This document shows, in pieces, positions 22,966 to 35,886 of a stretch of 64,000 nt of DNA (its first letter is position 1; the number at the start of each line of letters is the position of its first letter). Position numbers and translations under genes: made by a program. Origin of the DNA: Octopus sinensis (Eukaryota); contig NW_021833246.1 of NCBI RefSeq assembly GCF_006345805.1, positions 26,297 through 90,296 of the forward strand, read 5' to 3'. The notes below the pieces were generated by a model. It was not told the DNA's origin and searched no databases. It worked only from the letters and a program-made list of their open reading frames with translations.

Positions 22966-23830
22966 CACGACGGCTCGAGAAACACGGGGCCGACCTGCCC
23001 GAGATGCGGTCAGAGCGACGAACCGTTCTGCACGCACTCGTTCAGTGTCCAACATTTCCGACCTGTGGGCTTATGTCGAACAACTGCTGTCACGTGTGGG
23101 ACGAGTCGTTTTATCAGCTGAGTCTATCGTCAATATTGTCACGCCTCCTTCCTTCAAACGGGAAGGAAGAGCTATTTTCATCATCTTGTGGCTATGGCGA
23201 AAGAATGTATCTGGTGGACGCGTCTGAAAGGATTGGAGACAAACACTTTCCTCTCTGGTCAATCTCTCATCAACTTCTTCAAGTACCACTTGAAAAGGAA
23301 AGTGAGAGTAGAGAGGCAATTTTTGTCTAGCGAATGTTTTAAAAAAGATGGGTGAATGTAGCAAGAATGGCACGTATGAATGACGAAGCCACCTTGAGCA
23401 TAGTCCTATGAACCCAGAAATCGAAAACAGAGAGTTGCTTATTTGCCAAAAAAAAAAAAAAAAAAAAAGAAATATAAAATGTGACTTCATTGACCGAGGT
23501 TACCGTGTCTTTTTCCGCAGGCTTTTCTTTCCACGGGTAAACCTCACCTGTCCTCCCCTTTACACTTCATATTGACATTTCTGTGATAACGATCCCTATT
23601 GATCATTTTTTTTTTCCTCCCCCCCCCCTTTTTTTTTATTTATTTATTTTTTTTTTTAACCCCCTTATTTTTGTCCTCTTTCTCTCTCTCCTTTTACGAT
23701 CCCTTTTGATCGAACCTCCCCCTTCCTTTTTTTTTTTTTTTTTTTTTTATTTTTTAATACCTTCAAAAGAAAAGCTCTACCTTGTAATTTGTTCTATCTG
23801 TGTGCAGCCCTGTGTGGCTAATAAAGAAAC
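22965..23830 (+). mobile_element. 5'-truncated Tx1/L1-like non-LTR retrotransposon: ORF2 C-terminal CCHC zinc finger and 3' UTR
   Basis: Across frameshifts it translates PTCPRCGQSDE(T)VLHALVQCP..SDLWAYVEQLLSR...AMAKECIWWTRLKGL...INFFKYHLKRKVRVER...RWVNVARMARM. The stop is near 23411 and AATAAA is at 23820-23825, just before the (TATC)n array resumes. Confidence 0.8.
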
Positions 23831-23834
23831 ATAT

Positions 23835-23899
23835 ATATCTATCTATCTATCTATCTATCTATTTTTCTATATATCTATTTATCTATCTATTTTTCTATA

Positions 23900-23954
<55 letters not shown>

Positions 23955-23963
23955 TTTTCTATA

Positions 23964-24001
<38 letters not shown>

Positions 24002-24002
24002 A

Positions 24003-24038
<36 letters not shown>

Positions 24039-24075
24039 TTTTCTATATATCTATCTATCTATCTATTTTTCTATA

Positions 24076-24138
<63 letters not shown>

Positions 24139-24147
24139 TTTTCTATA

Positions 24148-24192
<45 letters not shown>

Positions 24193-24197
24193 CTCTC

Positions 24198-24236
<39 letters not shown>

Positions 24237-24237
24237 C

Positions 24238-24304
<67 letters not shown>

Positions 24305-24309
24305 CTCTC

Positions 24310-24400
<91 letters not shown>
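23835..24400. repeat. (TATC)n array with the same variant units as 22645-22921
   Basis: Direct reading. Confidence 0.95.
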
Positions 24401-24404
<4 letters not shown>

Positions 24405-27059
24405 AGCTCTCTGTCTGTCAATGCGTATGTATGTGTGTATTTATATATGTGTGTATGTATACCCGCACACACATATATACATCTGTAATGCTTCTTTGCA
24501 ACAGAGCGAATAAGAAGCGAGACATACCAAACTGATTTTATTCGTTTTAATAACATTTTATATTCCAAGTAGAGCATTAATCACTGTAATAGAATAATCT
24601 AAGATGTCACTGTTACAGAAGCATTAAATTAATTGACTAGTTTCGAAGGAAAAATAATGTCTTTCTTTACTGTGTCTCTGCTTTCTGTAGCATTGTCATA
24701 ACTAGTGAAATCTCGTATTCCATTGTCTAATGGAAAGTTACGACATAGTGGTCAGTGGCATGGTATTGTCGTTTGGTTAACGGAGAGCTCGAGAGCTTGG
24801 TCGCGAGTGGAACTTCACTGATCTGGAGATCATTGTAAAGTGCGTGACCTACGGGTTAATGTATGGGTGCGATGTATGAGTTAGAGGAAGTGTTGAGTCT
24901 TAGCTGCGGTCAAACTGTAGTTATGTCGTATTTCTGATTACATTGTGGGGCGGCATTTTATATTATCGACCAAAAAATCCTTATTTCACGCCGCTCCACT
25001 ATATTCAGCTGAATATGAGAACCAGCAACATCTGTAGCGTCATGCCGCACCGGAATGAAATGTGTAGCATTGTAGTCTTTGGAATAGATATTCTTACAGT
25101 AAATAATTGTAGTCTTTCTAATAGATATTCTATACAGTAAATAATACTGACTTCCTAGTGAGTTCACTTAGCAATGAACAAACTAATGGGTGAACACACC
25201 TTACTATTGTTGATCAAATTTGCAAATTGATCAATATGGTACTCCCATCGTACTTTCTCTCTAGTTAGACTAAACCTTTCTACATTTCTACACACGATAA
25301 CCGACAGACTGTACTGCTTCCATACCAGGTGTTTTGTACAAAGTGAAAGTCACCAACTGAAAAGGACAGAACAGTTATTTACACAACTAAACTTTACAAT
25401 ATTTCGCAAATTATTAAGCCTAAAATTATGCAATTTTTGACACAACATCAGTAATTTTCAGAGGAGTGCATAACTCCTTTACACCGTTACCAAGAATTTG
25501 ACCGATAATTAGTATTATCGATCCTGCCATAAAGAAGGCCAAATCTGATTTCCATGAAATTTGAACTCAAAATAATGCAGCGGAATATATTCACCAAAGC
25601 CAATTTCCCTGAAGCTATTAACGCATTGCCTTTCAAAGCGATCACAGGAAAAAAGAATATCAAACTTCAAGCTATGGCAGCGACCCAAAATATAGTATAT
25701 TTTTCATACATATTATAAAGTTGTAACGGGGTAAACGATAAAACTCATGTATGTGTGTGTTTGTGTATATGTATGTGTGTATCTTTGCATGTTTGTGTAC
25801 ATGTCTATACATACATATACGCGTGCACCACGTATACAAATGTATGTACATACATACATTCATATATACATACATACATATGTACATACATACATACATA
25901 CATCACCTTGGTTTGGTTTTGGAGAAGGAATACCTAGAAGGTCGGGTCAATATTTGTGTCATAATTGGTATTTTGTTGTCAATATCTGACATTACCCTGA
26001 CATTACCATTCTCCGAATGAAGAGCTGACTTCACCAGTACGGATATCTATGTAGATATCGAGTTAGTCCATGCATTTATATACACACACACATTATATAT
26101 ATATATATATGTGTACGTGTGTGTATGTGTGTATGTGTGTGTGTGTTTGTGTGTGTGTGTATGTAAATATATATATATATATATATACATAGAGGTAATA
26201 GGATGAGAATGGAGAGGGAGAGAAAAACAGACAGAGAGTGCAGAGTAACAATTCTCTGACGATTAATGGCGGAATGTGGTAGAATTTCATAGCAACTAAG
26301 GTGGTTTCCTTCTTGTAATTGCCAGTACAAATTACACTGATAAACTGATTGAATATGTGAACTTAGGTTAATATATTTATCGTTGACATAAGAAACACTT
26401 TATACATCTATTCGTATTCTACCTGTGTATATACTTACATCCACACACACACACAAACACACACGTACACACACAGACACACACACATATATATATATAT
26501 ATGTATATATGCATGTATATACTCAATGAAAAGAAAAAGATAAAGAAAATTCTTCAACACATTTTTAATAAGTTACACATCGTTCTGTACCATCTCCATT
26601 GGCAAAGCCAGTTTACGTGAAAATTCTAAAAGAAAAAAATTACGTAATATTTGCTGTTTTAGGTATTGGAGAGGCATGACCTCAGACTTGTATCAATTTT
26701 TTTCCTCTTAACCCCCCCCCCAAAAAAAAGAAACACACATATACACACACCGTATTCATTTCTTCGAACGCGAGGGATTCTCATACTCAAAAAGTATGGT
26801 AGGTGATACTGTAATAATTCATTGCACATGCTTTATAATCACCATAATAATTCATTTTGTGTTAATCTTGGATTTCGTAATTTACGGGGTCGGAAACATA
26901 GGAACCAGTTAAACAGTGGATCAGGTTACTCTACATCGTTACACTCACACACACTATTCTCACATACACACACACGCGATTGCGCACCTTAGGTTCCGTC
27001 TGATCCACCCCTTTTATCTTCCTTTCATTCAGCCTCTTTCTTCCAGCCGTTTCATGTTG

Positions 27060-27240
27060 AACCGTTAAACCCTACACATTGTTTTTTTTATATTTCTCCG
27101 TTTTTATTTTTTCATTCTCTATCCGTTTTATTTTTTCTTAAAACTTTCTGTTGAAGAGCCTAAGCTCGAAACGTCAAACACTTTTCCACACTTCCCGAGT
27201 GTTTCTTCACAGGTCTTCGTCTTTTGTTTCTGTAAATATG
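27060..27240 (+). mobile_element. Penelope-like pLTR fragment with a degenerate minimal hammerhead motif
   Basis: CTTT-CTGTTGA-AGAGC(ctaa)GCTC-GAAAC-GTC-AAAC at 27144-27179. The A6 position is changed. Confidence 0.55.
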
Positions 27241-27279
27241 TAAACTTGCGCGCGGTGTGTTGTGTGCATAAATTATATA

Positions 27280-27324
<45 letters not shown>

Positions 27325-27850
27325 TTATAAAGAAATTATCAATCATATGTATAATTATATGATTAATAATTTGTTTATTGAGAGCCATTTCCACAGAATA
27401 AAGTCATCATCGTTTATATAATTACTTAATTGAGATACGTAGTTCAACAGAGTATGTGCGGAGTTATATGTGTGTTTGTGTGGGCGAATATGCGTGTGTG
27501 TACATGTGTGTGTGTGTATTTATGTAAGCTATTGATTCTAAAGTCATTAATCTAGATGAATACAAATGACATTCGCGGTCTGCAGATTCAGTTTTTAATG
27601 TTTAGTGCTTTCATTATTGCATGCCAAACATATGTATACATTCATTTTTACTTGTAAATTATTTCAATCATATTTTGCCGGCGTTTTAAAACGGCATTAT
27701 CCTGAGTTAAATAGCAGGATTCACCCAATCTATATACACCGATAATAAAACCCGTATACATAAATACATATACACATATGCATACACACACATACTTATA
27801 TATATATATATATATATATGTAGCTATACACACTCACACACGCACACACA

Positions 27851-27924
<74 letters not shown>

Positions 27925-29031
27925 ATGTATATGCACACACCTGTATATTCATGAATCTACGTCTCTCTCCATCCTTCTATAAGTCAATATCTCTTACCTG
28001 TATATCTATCTAATCTATCTATCTATCTATGTATTTATACATTTACCTATGTATACATCCAGCTATCTATTTATGTATCCACCCATCTATCTATACATAT
28101 CTATCCATCTATCTATCTGTATGTATATATGTATATATAAACATACACATACCTGCATGTATCTAATGTATATTATGCAATATGTGTGCATTTGCTTATA
28201 TATATATATATTATATATATATGCATTTATGTGTGTGTGTGTATATGTGCGTGCGTGTGTGTGTGTTTCCACGCATATCTTGTATCTCATTGAATATTGA
28301 ATATAAAAATATGGCTATGAAATAAATCAATATTTGCGTTATCGATCCTTCTTTCGAAGCCCCAACTCCCTATACACTATGTGACTTCAGTCGAGAATGC
28401 GGGAAGCAGCGAACCAGATACCTTACAGAAGCTGGATATTAACTTCCTATACATAGCAGAATCTTCCCCAAACTCTGCAATTCGATTTACTATAATGACA
28501 CCTTAATAGAAATATATGTTTCGTTATCACGGATGAATAGATGGAATTTATTAGAAGATCCATTTTATTTATATATATTTATATATTCTATTTATTTCTT
28601 TAGCCTCTCTCTTATTCTCTCCATCCTATAAATGTCAGCTGAGCTGAATACTGCTTACGTGATCGCAGTTTGTTTTTGTTGTTTTTTTTTCTCTTATTTT
28701 TTTTTTTTACAGGGAAGCATCGATATATCGGCAATAGTTTCCATGTTTCTGCTGCTGTGGCATCACAGCTGTTTGTAGGAGAAGAAAATGGAGAAAAAAA
28801 GAAAGAAAAGAAAACCAAAAAAAAAAGAAAAAACGAAAGAAGAAACCAGCGCAAACTGTAAAGCAGCAATGAGAGGTTGTTACACTAATTCATTCGTGGC
28901 ATGAGGTCAAGCACATTTTCTCTTCCTCGTCCCAACTCTCCACCCCATTCCAGCCACCAAAATTACATCGGTAAACCTATGAATGTCACAATAATCAATT
29001 TACGTATTATTTGCTAAAAGAATATCAAATA

Positions 29032-29051
29032 TGACCTTTGACCTTTGAACT
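29032..29051 (-). promoter_or_regulatory. Tandem DR1-DR1 nuclear-receptor half-site array (AGTTCA-A-AGGTCA-A-AGGTCA)
   Basis: The plus strand reads TGACCT T TGACCT T TGAACT in repeat-free sequence. Function is untested. Confidence 0.3.
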
Positions 29052-29134
29052 GTCTAAAAGCAGCAAAGAGGAAACAAAAAGCAAAAAACACAAAATATTG
29101 AAAAATCACAAATACGCTACTGTTTTAAAATGCT

Positions 29135-29149
29135 GATAATAATAATAGC

Positions 29150-29205
<56 letters not shown>

Positions 29206-29344
29206 TAATAATAATAACAATAATAATAATAATAATAATAACAATAATAATAATAACAATAATAATAATAACAATAATAATAACAATAATAATAATAACA
29301 ATAATAACAATAATAATAATAATAGCAATAATAATAATAATAAT
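29135..29344. repeat. (AAT)n array with AAC/AGC variants
   Basis: Direct reading. Explains the poly-L and poly-I ORFs. Confidence 0.95.
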
Positions 29345-29540
29345 GGTCTCAAATTTCGGCAGAAGACCAATGGTGCTAGCGGGAGAAGTACCAGTTCATA
29401 TTCAACTAGCCTTTAATCTTGCCGATCCGAAAAGGATAAAAGGCACAAATGACCTTGGTGCCATTTCAGCTCAGAACTTGAGGAATCGCCGGAATAAATA
29501 CCGCGAAGCATTTTGTCCGACGCGTTAAAGATTCTTCGAC
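29345..29540 (-). mobile_element. SINE family B, diverged
   Basis: gccgatccgaaaaggataaaaggcacaaatgaccttggtgccatttcagctcagaac...ttttgtccgacgcgttaaagattc. Confidence 0.7.
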
Positions 29541-30019
29541 GTTGTCGCGGTAATAGTAAAAAAAAAAAAAAATAATAATAATAATCTTTTTGGCTTAGGG
29601 CCAGAAATTGGAAGGGGAAGTAGAAGCCGATTACATCGTCACCAAATGGATGAAAGGTGGCGTCGACCTCGGTGTCGTTTGAACTTAGACATTATCGCCG
29701 TTTGTATCATTTGTACGATTCTGACAACTACTTGTCAATAAGAACGATAATAACAAGAGATGTATAGATCAACAAAAACATTGAAAGAGCAAGATCAACT
29801 GAATTATGTTGTTTCTCTCGTTATCGCTTAATCCCAGGTCAGACCTGAACAACACAATATCTATAATCAATACCATTTCATTCGTAAGCATACCTAATTT
29901 ATTTATTTTATTGTTTTTGTTCTTGCATGCAAAGACATAATGCATATTGGTCTCCAACGAGGCAGAGTAAAATCTGAGGTAGATATAGCTGCTATTTCGC
30001 GCGTATATTTAAAAAAAAG

Positions 30020-30339
30020 ACTCCGCCGGTTACGACGACGAGGGTCCCAGCTGATACGATCAACGGAACAGCTTGCTCGTGAAATTAACGTGCAAATGGC
30101 TGAGCATTCCACAGACACGTGTACCCTTAACGTAGTTCTCGGGGATAATCAGCGTGACACAGAGAGTGACAAGGCTGACCCTTTGAAATACAAGTACAAC
30201 TCATTTTTGCCAGCTGAGTGGACTGGAGCAACGTGAAATAAAGTGTCTTGCTCAAGGACACAACGCGTCGCCGGGAATCGAACTCACAACCTTACGATCA
30301 TGAGCCGAATGCCCTAACCACTAAGCCACGCGCCCTCAC
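30020..30339 (-). mobile_element. CORE-type tRNA-derived SINE, full length
   Basis: The reverse complement head is GTGAGGGCGCGTGGCTTAGTGGTTAGGGCATTCGGCTCATGATCGTAAGGTTGTGAGTTCGATTCC, followed by the CORE-like CCTTGAGCAAGACACTT...CTCAGCTGGCAAAAATG. Confidence 0.88.
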
Positions 30340-30461
30340 TCGCGCGTATATATTAGCGTTTTAAATGCCCAGTCAATCAGACTATGGCTCAAAATTTTAG
30401 ACTTTGAGCCTACGTGAGAAAAGATTATTGTATTGGTGGAGCTACAGGTAAGCTTTTGCTG

Positions 30462-30860
30462 TCAGGCGGACGCAATCTTTCAGTGTCCTGTCATTGCTGA
30501 TTTGTGGGGTTATGTTGAACAGCTACTGTCACGTGTGAGACAGATCCGTCTATCGGTCGAGTCCATCATGATGATAGCCCCGCCAACCTCCTATTATCGG
30601 GCAAGCAAGTCAGTTTTCCTTTGTGAGGTGGCCATTGTGAAAGAGTTCGTTTGATGGACGAGGCTGAAAGACCTGAATACAGATACAGTGTTTTGTGGTA
30701 GAGGCCCCATCAACTTTTTCAAGTTTTACTTGAAAAGGAAATTCAGGGTGGAAATTAAGAGTTGTCCTTGAGTGAGTTTATTGAAAGGTGGGTGAAAGTT
30801 GCGAAAATGGCAAGAATGCATGTTACCCCTCTCACTGAAGACCTATTAGTCGGAAGAAGA
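30462..30860 (+). pseudogene. Second, divergent Tx1/L1-like ORF2 C-terminal fragment
   Basis: AIFQCPVIADLWGYVEQLLSRVRQIRLSVESI...*WTRLKDL...INFFKFYLKRK...ERWVKVAKMARM is colinear with 23040-23400. Confidence 0.75.
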
Positions 30861-31289
30861 GAATTGGAGAGGGAAATTGCTATTGGTGTTCAGAAAGATC
30901 TGGGACCGTGGGTTTCCTTGATAATCCCTAAAAGTGACTACCATTCTCGTTCCGTTTTTTTTCTTTACCTTTGTAGACTATGTATATTTCCCCTACTTTT
31001 CAATATATACCCCGCACACATACTCCTTATAATTATTTTCCCATTTCATTATATGTAAACCCATAGACTTTTTGTCTGACTTTGTATTGACCCTCGCATC
31101 CTTCAACCCGGCGGCAAAAATTTGACATCATCATGATCATCATCATCATCATCCTTGTTATTATTAATAATGCTGTCATAAATATTTGTCATCATCATCA
31201 TCATCATCATCATCATCGTCACCATCTACCTTATTATTATTGATAATGCTGTCACAAATATTTGTTGTGAGAGCAGCCTAAGCGACAAA

Positions 31290-31364
31290 AGGAGCAGTGC
31301 TAGCGGCAGCAACAGCATAAGCAGCAGAAGCAGTAGTAGTAGTGGTAGCAGTAGCAGCAGCAGC

Positions 31365-31396
<32 letters not shown>

Positions 31397-31650
31397 GTAG
31401 TAGTAGTAGTAGCAGCAGCAGCAGCACCAGTTATATTCTTAGTTGCAGTAAAAGCAATGGTGACAGTAGTAGCAGAAACAGCAACAGCCGCAACTGTGGC
31501 AGCAGAAATAGCAGCAGCGGTGGCAGCAGCAGCAGCAAAAGCAGCAGCAGTGGTAGCAGCAGCAGCGGTGGCAGCAGCAGCAGTGACAGCAGCAGCAGCA
31601 GCACAGCAGTAGTAGTAGTAGTATTAGCAGTAGTAGTAGTAGTAGTCATA
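31290..31650. repeat. Compound (AGC)n/(AGT)n triplet repeat
   Basis: Direct reading. Explains the Ser/Val-rich ORF 31342-31734. Confidence 0.9.
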
Positions 31651-32217
31651 CATTCGCACGTTTTATGCAATTCAAAGCCAGTGGCCTGGACCAAGAGAAG
31701 GGAAGCGAATGGTACGGAAGAAGCACTTGCGTAAGGAACGCCTTTCATGTCTATTATCTACAAGCTGAGCTCACTCAAACATGCCTTATTACATTATTAT
31801 ATTTTTATTCTACATTTTTTTTTTTTTTGGTCATCATTATCACCGTTAGCATCGTTGTTGTTGCTGTTCTTGATTTTCACCATATTCTTATAAAATATCG
31901 ATTTTGAAAAATGTATTATATAAGGCGAAGAATGGTTTGTGAAATATCTAGACATGTGAAAAGGCGTAGGGGGGGTTGTGTTTATTGGACAATGAAATGT
32001 AAACCGACTCGAAATAGAGATTTAATTAGTTATTAAAAGGTTAAAAGAAATTCATAGCATACGTGACGGAGACAGTAGAAGAATCGACATTGCATGAAAT
32101 ACAACGATTATATACTCGAAGAGTCAGGTACATATATATCAGAAGAGGTATTTTTAGGTGTTTCTTAAATAAACATTAATAAAATGTGTGTATGTGTGTG
32201 TGTGTGTGTGTTGCATG

Positions 32218-32218
32218 C

Positions 32219-32316
<98 letters not shown>

Positions 32317-32420
32317 GTCTATCTATCTATCTATATATCTATCTGTCTGTCTATCTATCTATGTATATATCTATCTATCTATCTATATCTATCCATCTAT
32401 CTATCTATCTATCTATCTAT
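32218..32420. repeat. (TATC)n array
   Basis: Direct reading. Confidence 0.95.
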
Positions 32421-32525
32421 ACATACATACATACATACATACATACAAGCAATTACACCACATAGATACACGCCGACGTACACATATTTATACATATTAG
32501 ATGGACATATACCCTTACGTACTTA

Positions 32526-32584
<59 letters not shown>

Positions 32585-32597
32585 GTCTGTGTGTATC

Positions 32598-32643
<46 letters not shown>

Positions 32644-32829
32644 GTGTGTGTGTGTATATGTGTGTGTATGTCTGTGTGTTTGTGTTCTAGCAAATTGTAA
32701 CAACAGTAACAACACAAATATAAAATATTTAGTTCCACCATGGTCCTGAGTGTTCTTTCCACCAGCTCACAGTAAACGTACACACACACGCATACTCACA
32801 CAGTATGTATGTATGTGTGTATATATATA

Positions 32830-32881
<52 letters not shown>

Positions 32882-32889
32882 TCCTACCC

Positions 32890-33110
32890 CTTAGAACCAT
32901 CATTGCACCTGGTGTGGCTTTTTAAAAAACGAGACAATGTTTGGAACAGACGCCCACATAGATGGCATAGCTGTCGTAGACTACCAAGATCTGCAGTTGA
33001 GTTCTGATCTTTGTGTATCTTTAGATATCTTTTGGGGCCTCCATTAGATTTGCAGACTTCATGGCATAAACGCCATTGAAAGGTGTGCACAGACCTATAG
33101 GTAGAGTAGT
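32890..33110 (-). mobile_element. Decayed two-finger C2H2-like segment, probably a LINE (RTE/L2-like) ORF 3' end
   Basis: FQWRLCHEVCKSNGGPKRYLKIH...LCHLCGRLFQTLSRFLKSHTRC...*. The fingers are broken, there is no TGEKP linker, and the segment is bounded by microsatellites. Confidence 0.5.
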
Positions 33111-33699
33111 TGGTGGAAGTTCGTTTATCATATATGTATATATATATGTATATATATATATATTGTGTGTGTGTGTGTAAGTGTGTGTATTTACGCATGT
33201 CTGCTTATGCGTCTGTGTATTCTGTTGTGCTTGGATGTGGATATTTAGATAGCATTTAAAGCAACAACGTTTTAAGTCACTGTAACAAACGTTTATATAT
33301 ATATAAGTCACTTGTAGAAGTTGATGGACTGTTTAAGATTCAGTAATTGTATTATTTTTTTTAACTTGAAGACCAACCACAAGGTACCTAAGGTCATATA
33401 TCACATATCTCGAGAGGAAAGGATGCAACAGTTTCGGAAACTGAAAAAAAAGTAGCAAACATAATTTGTCTGACGTTTATGTTCGATTCGCTCTTTCAAT
33501 ATGTGTTAGGTTCTGGAGGAAGAAAATTACAAGATCTGGTTAAAACTGATTTACGCTTGGTCTCATAAGATCACGTGCGTGGATGCTGACGCATCACATT
33601 TATCTGACCATCTATTTAAATCCGAATCAGTGCGCGTGTCAGCTTGTCTGTCTGTATGTGTCTGTCTGCCTGTCTGTATATGGAAATATATATATATAT

Positions 33700-33885
33700 G
33701 TAGGGGGGGGGGTGCCTTTTGGTGTGTTTACGTCCCGTCACTTAGGGGTTCGGCAAAAAGTGATCGATAGTATATATACTATGCTTACAACGAATACGTC
33801 CAGTGTCGATTTCTTTGACTAAAGGTGAATGCTCCAGCAAGGCCGTAGTCAAACGACTGAAGCAAGTAAAAGAATAAAAGAATAT
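33700..33885 (+). mobile_element. SINE family C 3' tail
   Basis: gtgtttacgtcccgtcacttaggggttcggcaaaa...ctccagcaaggccgtagtcaaacgactgaagcaagtaaaagaataaaagaat. Confidence 0.8.
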
Positions 33886-34073
33886 CCACATATATATATA
33901 AATGCATACACACACACATATATGTATATATATATGTATGTTTATACGTATGGATGTATATGCTTGTGTGAGTGTGTATGCCTTTCTGATTGTAAAGCTA
34001 ACAACCACACCTGTGCATGTATACATACATACACACACACACACACACACTACACACCACACACACACAACAG

Positions 34074-34139
<66 letters not shown>

Positions 34140-34953
34140 AAATACAGACGCACAGACAAAAGATAGCGCGCGACTTGAACATCGCACTGTAAAGGCCAGG
34201 GTACGAAATAAATTGAATGCAAGCTTCAGGGAAGTTAAATCTCGTATAGGGTTCAGAAAGAATACAAAACAAACACGAATAAGAATAAGAATAGCATTAA
34301 GCGTGGATTGAATGAGTGATTGTAGCATATTGTAACTACTGCATTAGAGAATACACCATCTATATATGGAAACATTTTGCAGGGAAATGAAAATCTTAAT
34401 GACAAATCCGATTCATTTCTAGTCTTATAACGTAACGCGATTTCCACTTTAACGATCCGATAACAGACAGACGCGTGCAGAAGGAAGACATCGCATTCGT
34501 ACATATACGAACGACTATACAGATATAAAGATTGTAATGCAAACATACACACGCCTGCAGTCAGAACGAGAAGTTGATGAGCGTAGAGTTAACAATAATT
34601 AACAAGACGAGCGCAGAAGAGAGAAGCGAATATTAGCGTTTGAGAATGGATTAGGTGGGGTGGTTTGACTTTATGATAAAATAAACAAAAAGAAATGGGC
34701 TTAATTCGAATATGTAAACCGTTAAATGTTATTTTAAGTATGATATGATGAGATTTTAATTGGCAGGAATTACGTAAATACTACTGAGTAAATTTTAGGG
34801 TTTTATGCAGAGAGGGAAGAAGAAGGAAATAGAGGAATGAGGTGGCCATAAGCTCTTAATAAACACAAATGTGTGTACGTGTGCACGTATGTAGAATTTC
34901 ATAGATCGACAGTTAGATAGGAAGATAAATAGATGTGCATATAAGACAGATAG

Positions 34954-35019
<66 letters not shown>

Positions 35020-35335
35020 GTATGCATGCACGTATACATTCAGATGTACATGTATTTATGCTTATATATAAATTAAGCGGAAAATGGAGAAATTCCTGAT
35101 CAACAACTACCATCGATTATTATTTTTTGATACAAAGTTCCTCCCTTTTCTGCTTAATTTAACTTTGATTCCAGAAAAATTCCTGCTTATTTTTTAATCG
35201 CTTGTAACCTATGAGCATAATATGCTTACATATGTATGCCCAGAGTTAACATAGGTGATTTATACTGGTAGTATATAGTATTTATAGACGCCTATTCCAC
35301 CCGCTAAATCTAATAACCTATATATATATATATAT

Positions 35336-35886
35336 AAAATAAATATAAGAGAGTGGTCACTATATGGCTCAATCTAGCACCAGTTAATCCAAAAGGTTTC
35401 AACCACAAAAATACATGTTTCCCATGAAAGTCAGTACGATTGTTAGCTCACACGGACAGGGCAAATAAAAAATAACAAAAATACAGATTATTTTGGGACA
35501 ATTGTTTCGCTATTAATGAATTAGATGTAATTTTACTTACAAAAAAATCCACTTGTAAGTAAAATTACATTTAATTCATTAATAGCGAAACAATTGTCCT
35601 AAAATAATCTGTATTTTTGTTATTTTTTATTTGCCCTGTCCGTGTGAGCTAACAATCGTACTGACTTTCATGGGAAACATGTATTTTTGTGGTTGAAACC
35701 TTTTGGATTAACTGGTGCTAGAGTGAGCCATATAGTGACCACTCTCTTATATTTATTTTGTAAAAATATTATAATATATTATAAAATATTATAATAATCC
35801 AGGTTTCTCGGAGCACTAGGCCACTTGGGTGTTGAATAGATATACTATTAAATTAGTATCTAATTCTCTCACCCTTATTAATTAAT
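35336..35886 (+). mobile_element. Fold-back element, family P-C (207-bp arms 35336-35542 and 35553-35759, 10-nt loop, tail to ACCCTTAT)
   Basis: The arms differ at 3 positions by eye. (TA)n lies on both outer sides. The 3' half of a hammerhead (GAAAC-AATT-GTC) is at 35587-35598. Confidence 0.8.

Noticed and set aside
31125-31265. Two-copy tandem duplication containing (TCA)n and ataatgctgtcacaaatatttg
   Set aside because: Ordinary slippage duplication next to microsatellites.
31342-31734. Ser/Val-rich 130-aa ORF
   Set aside because: It is explained by a compound (AGC)n/(AGT)n repeat, with no splice or domain support.
32890-33110. Host C2H2 zinc-finger gene
   Set aside because: Only two broken fingers are present, with no TGEKP linkers and an immediate stop. 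This fits a LINE ORF end better.
34180-34251. bHLH-like spacing in HRTVKARVRNKLNASFREVKSRIG
   Set aside because: It lacks the invariant Glu of the basic region and the Pro after helix 1. There is no second helix or convincing splice sites, so it is probably chance.
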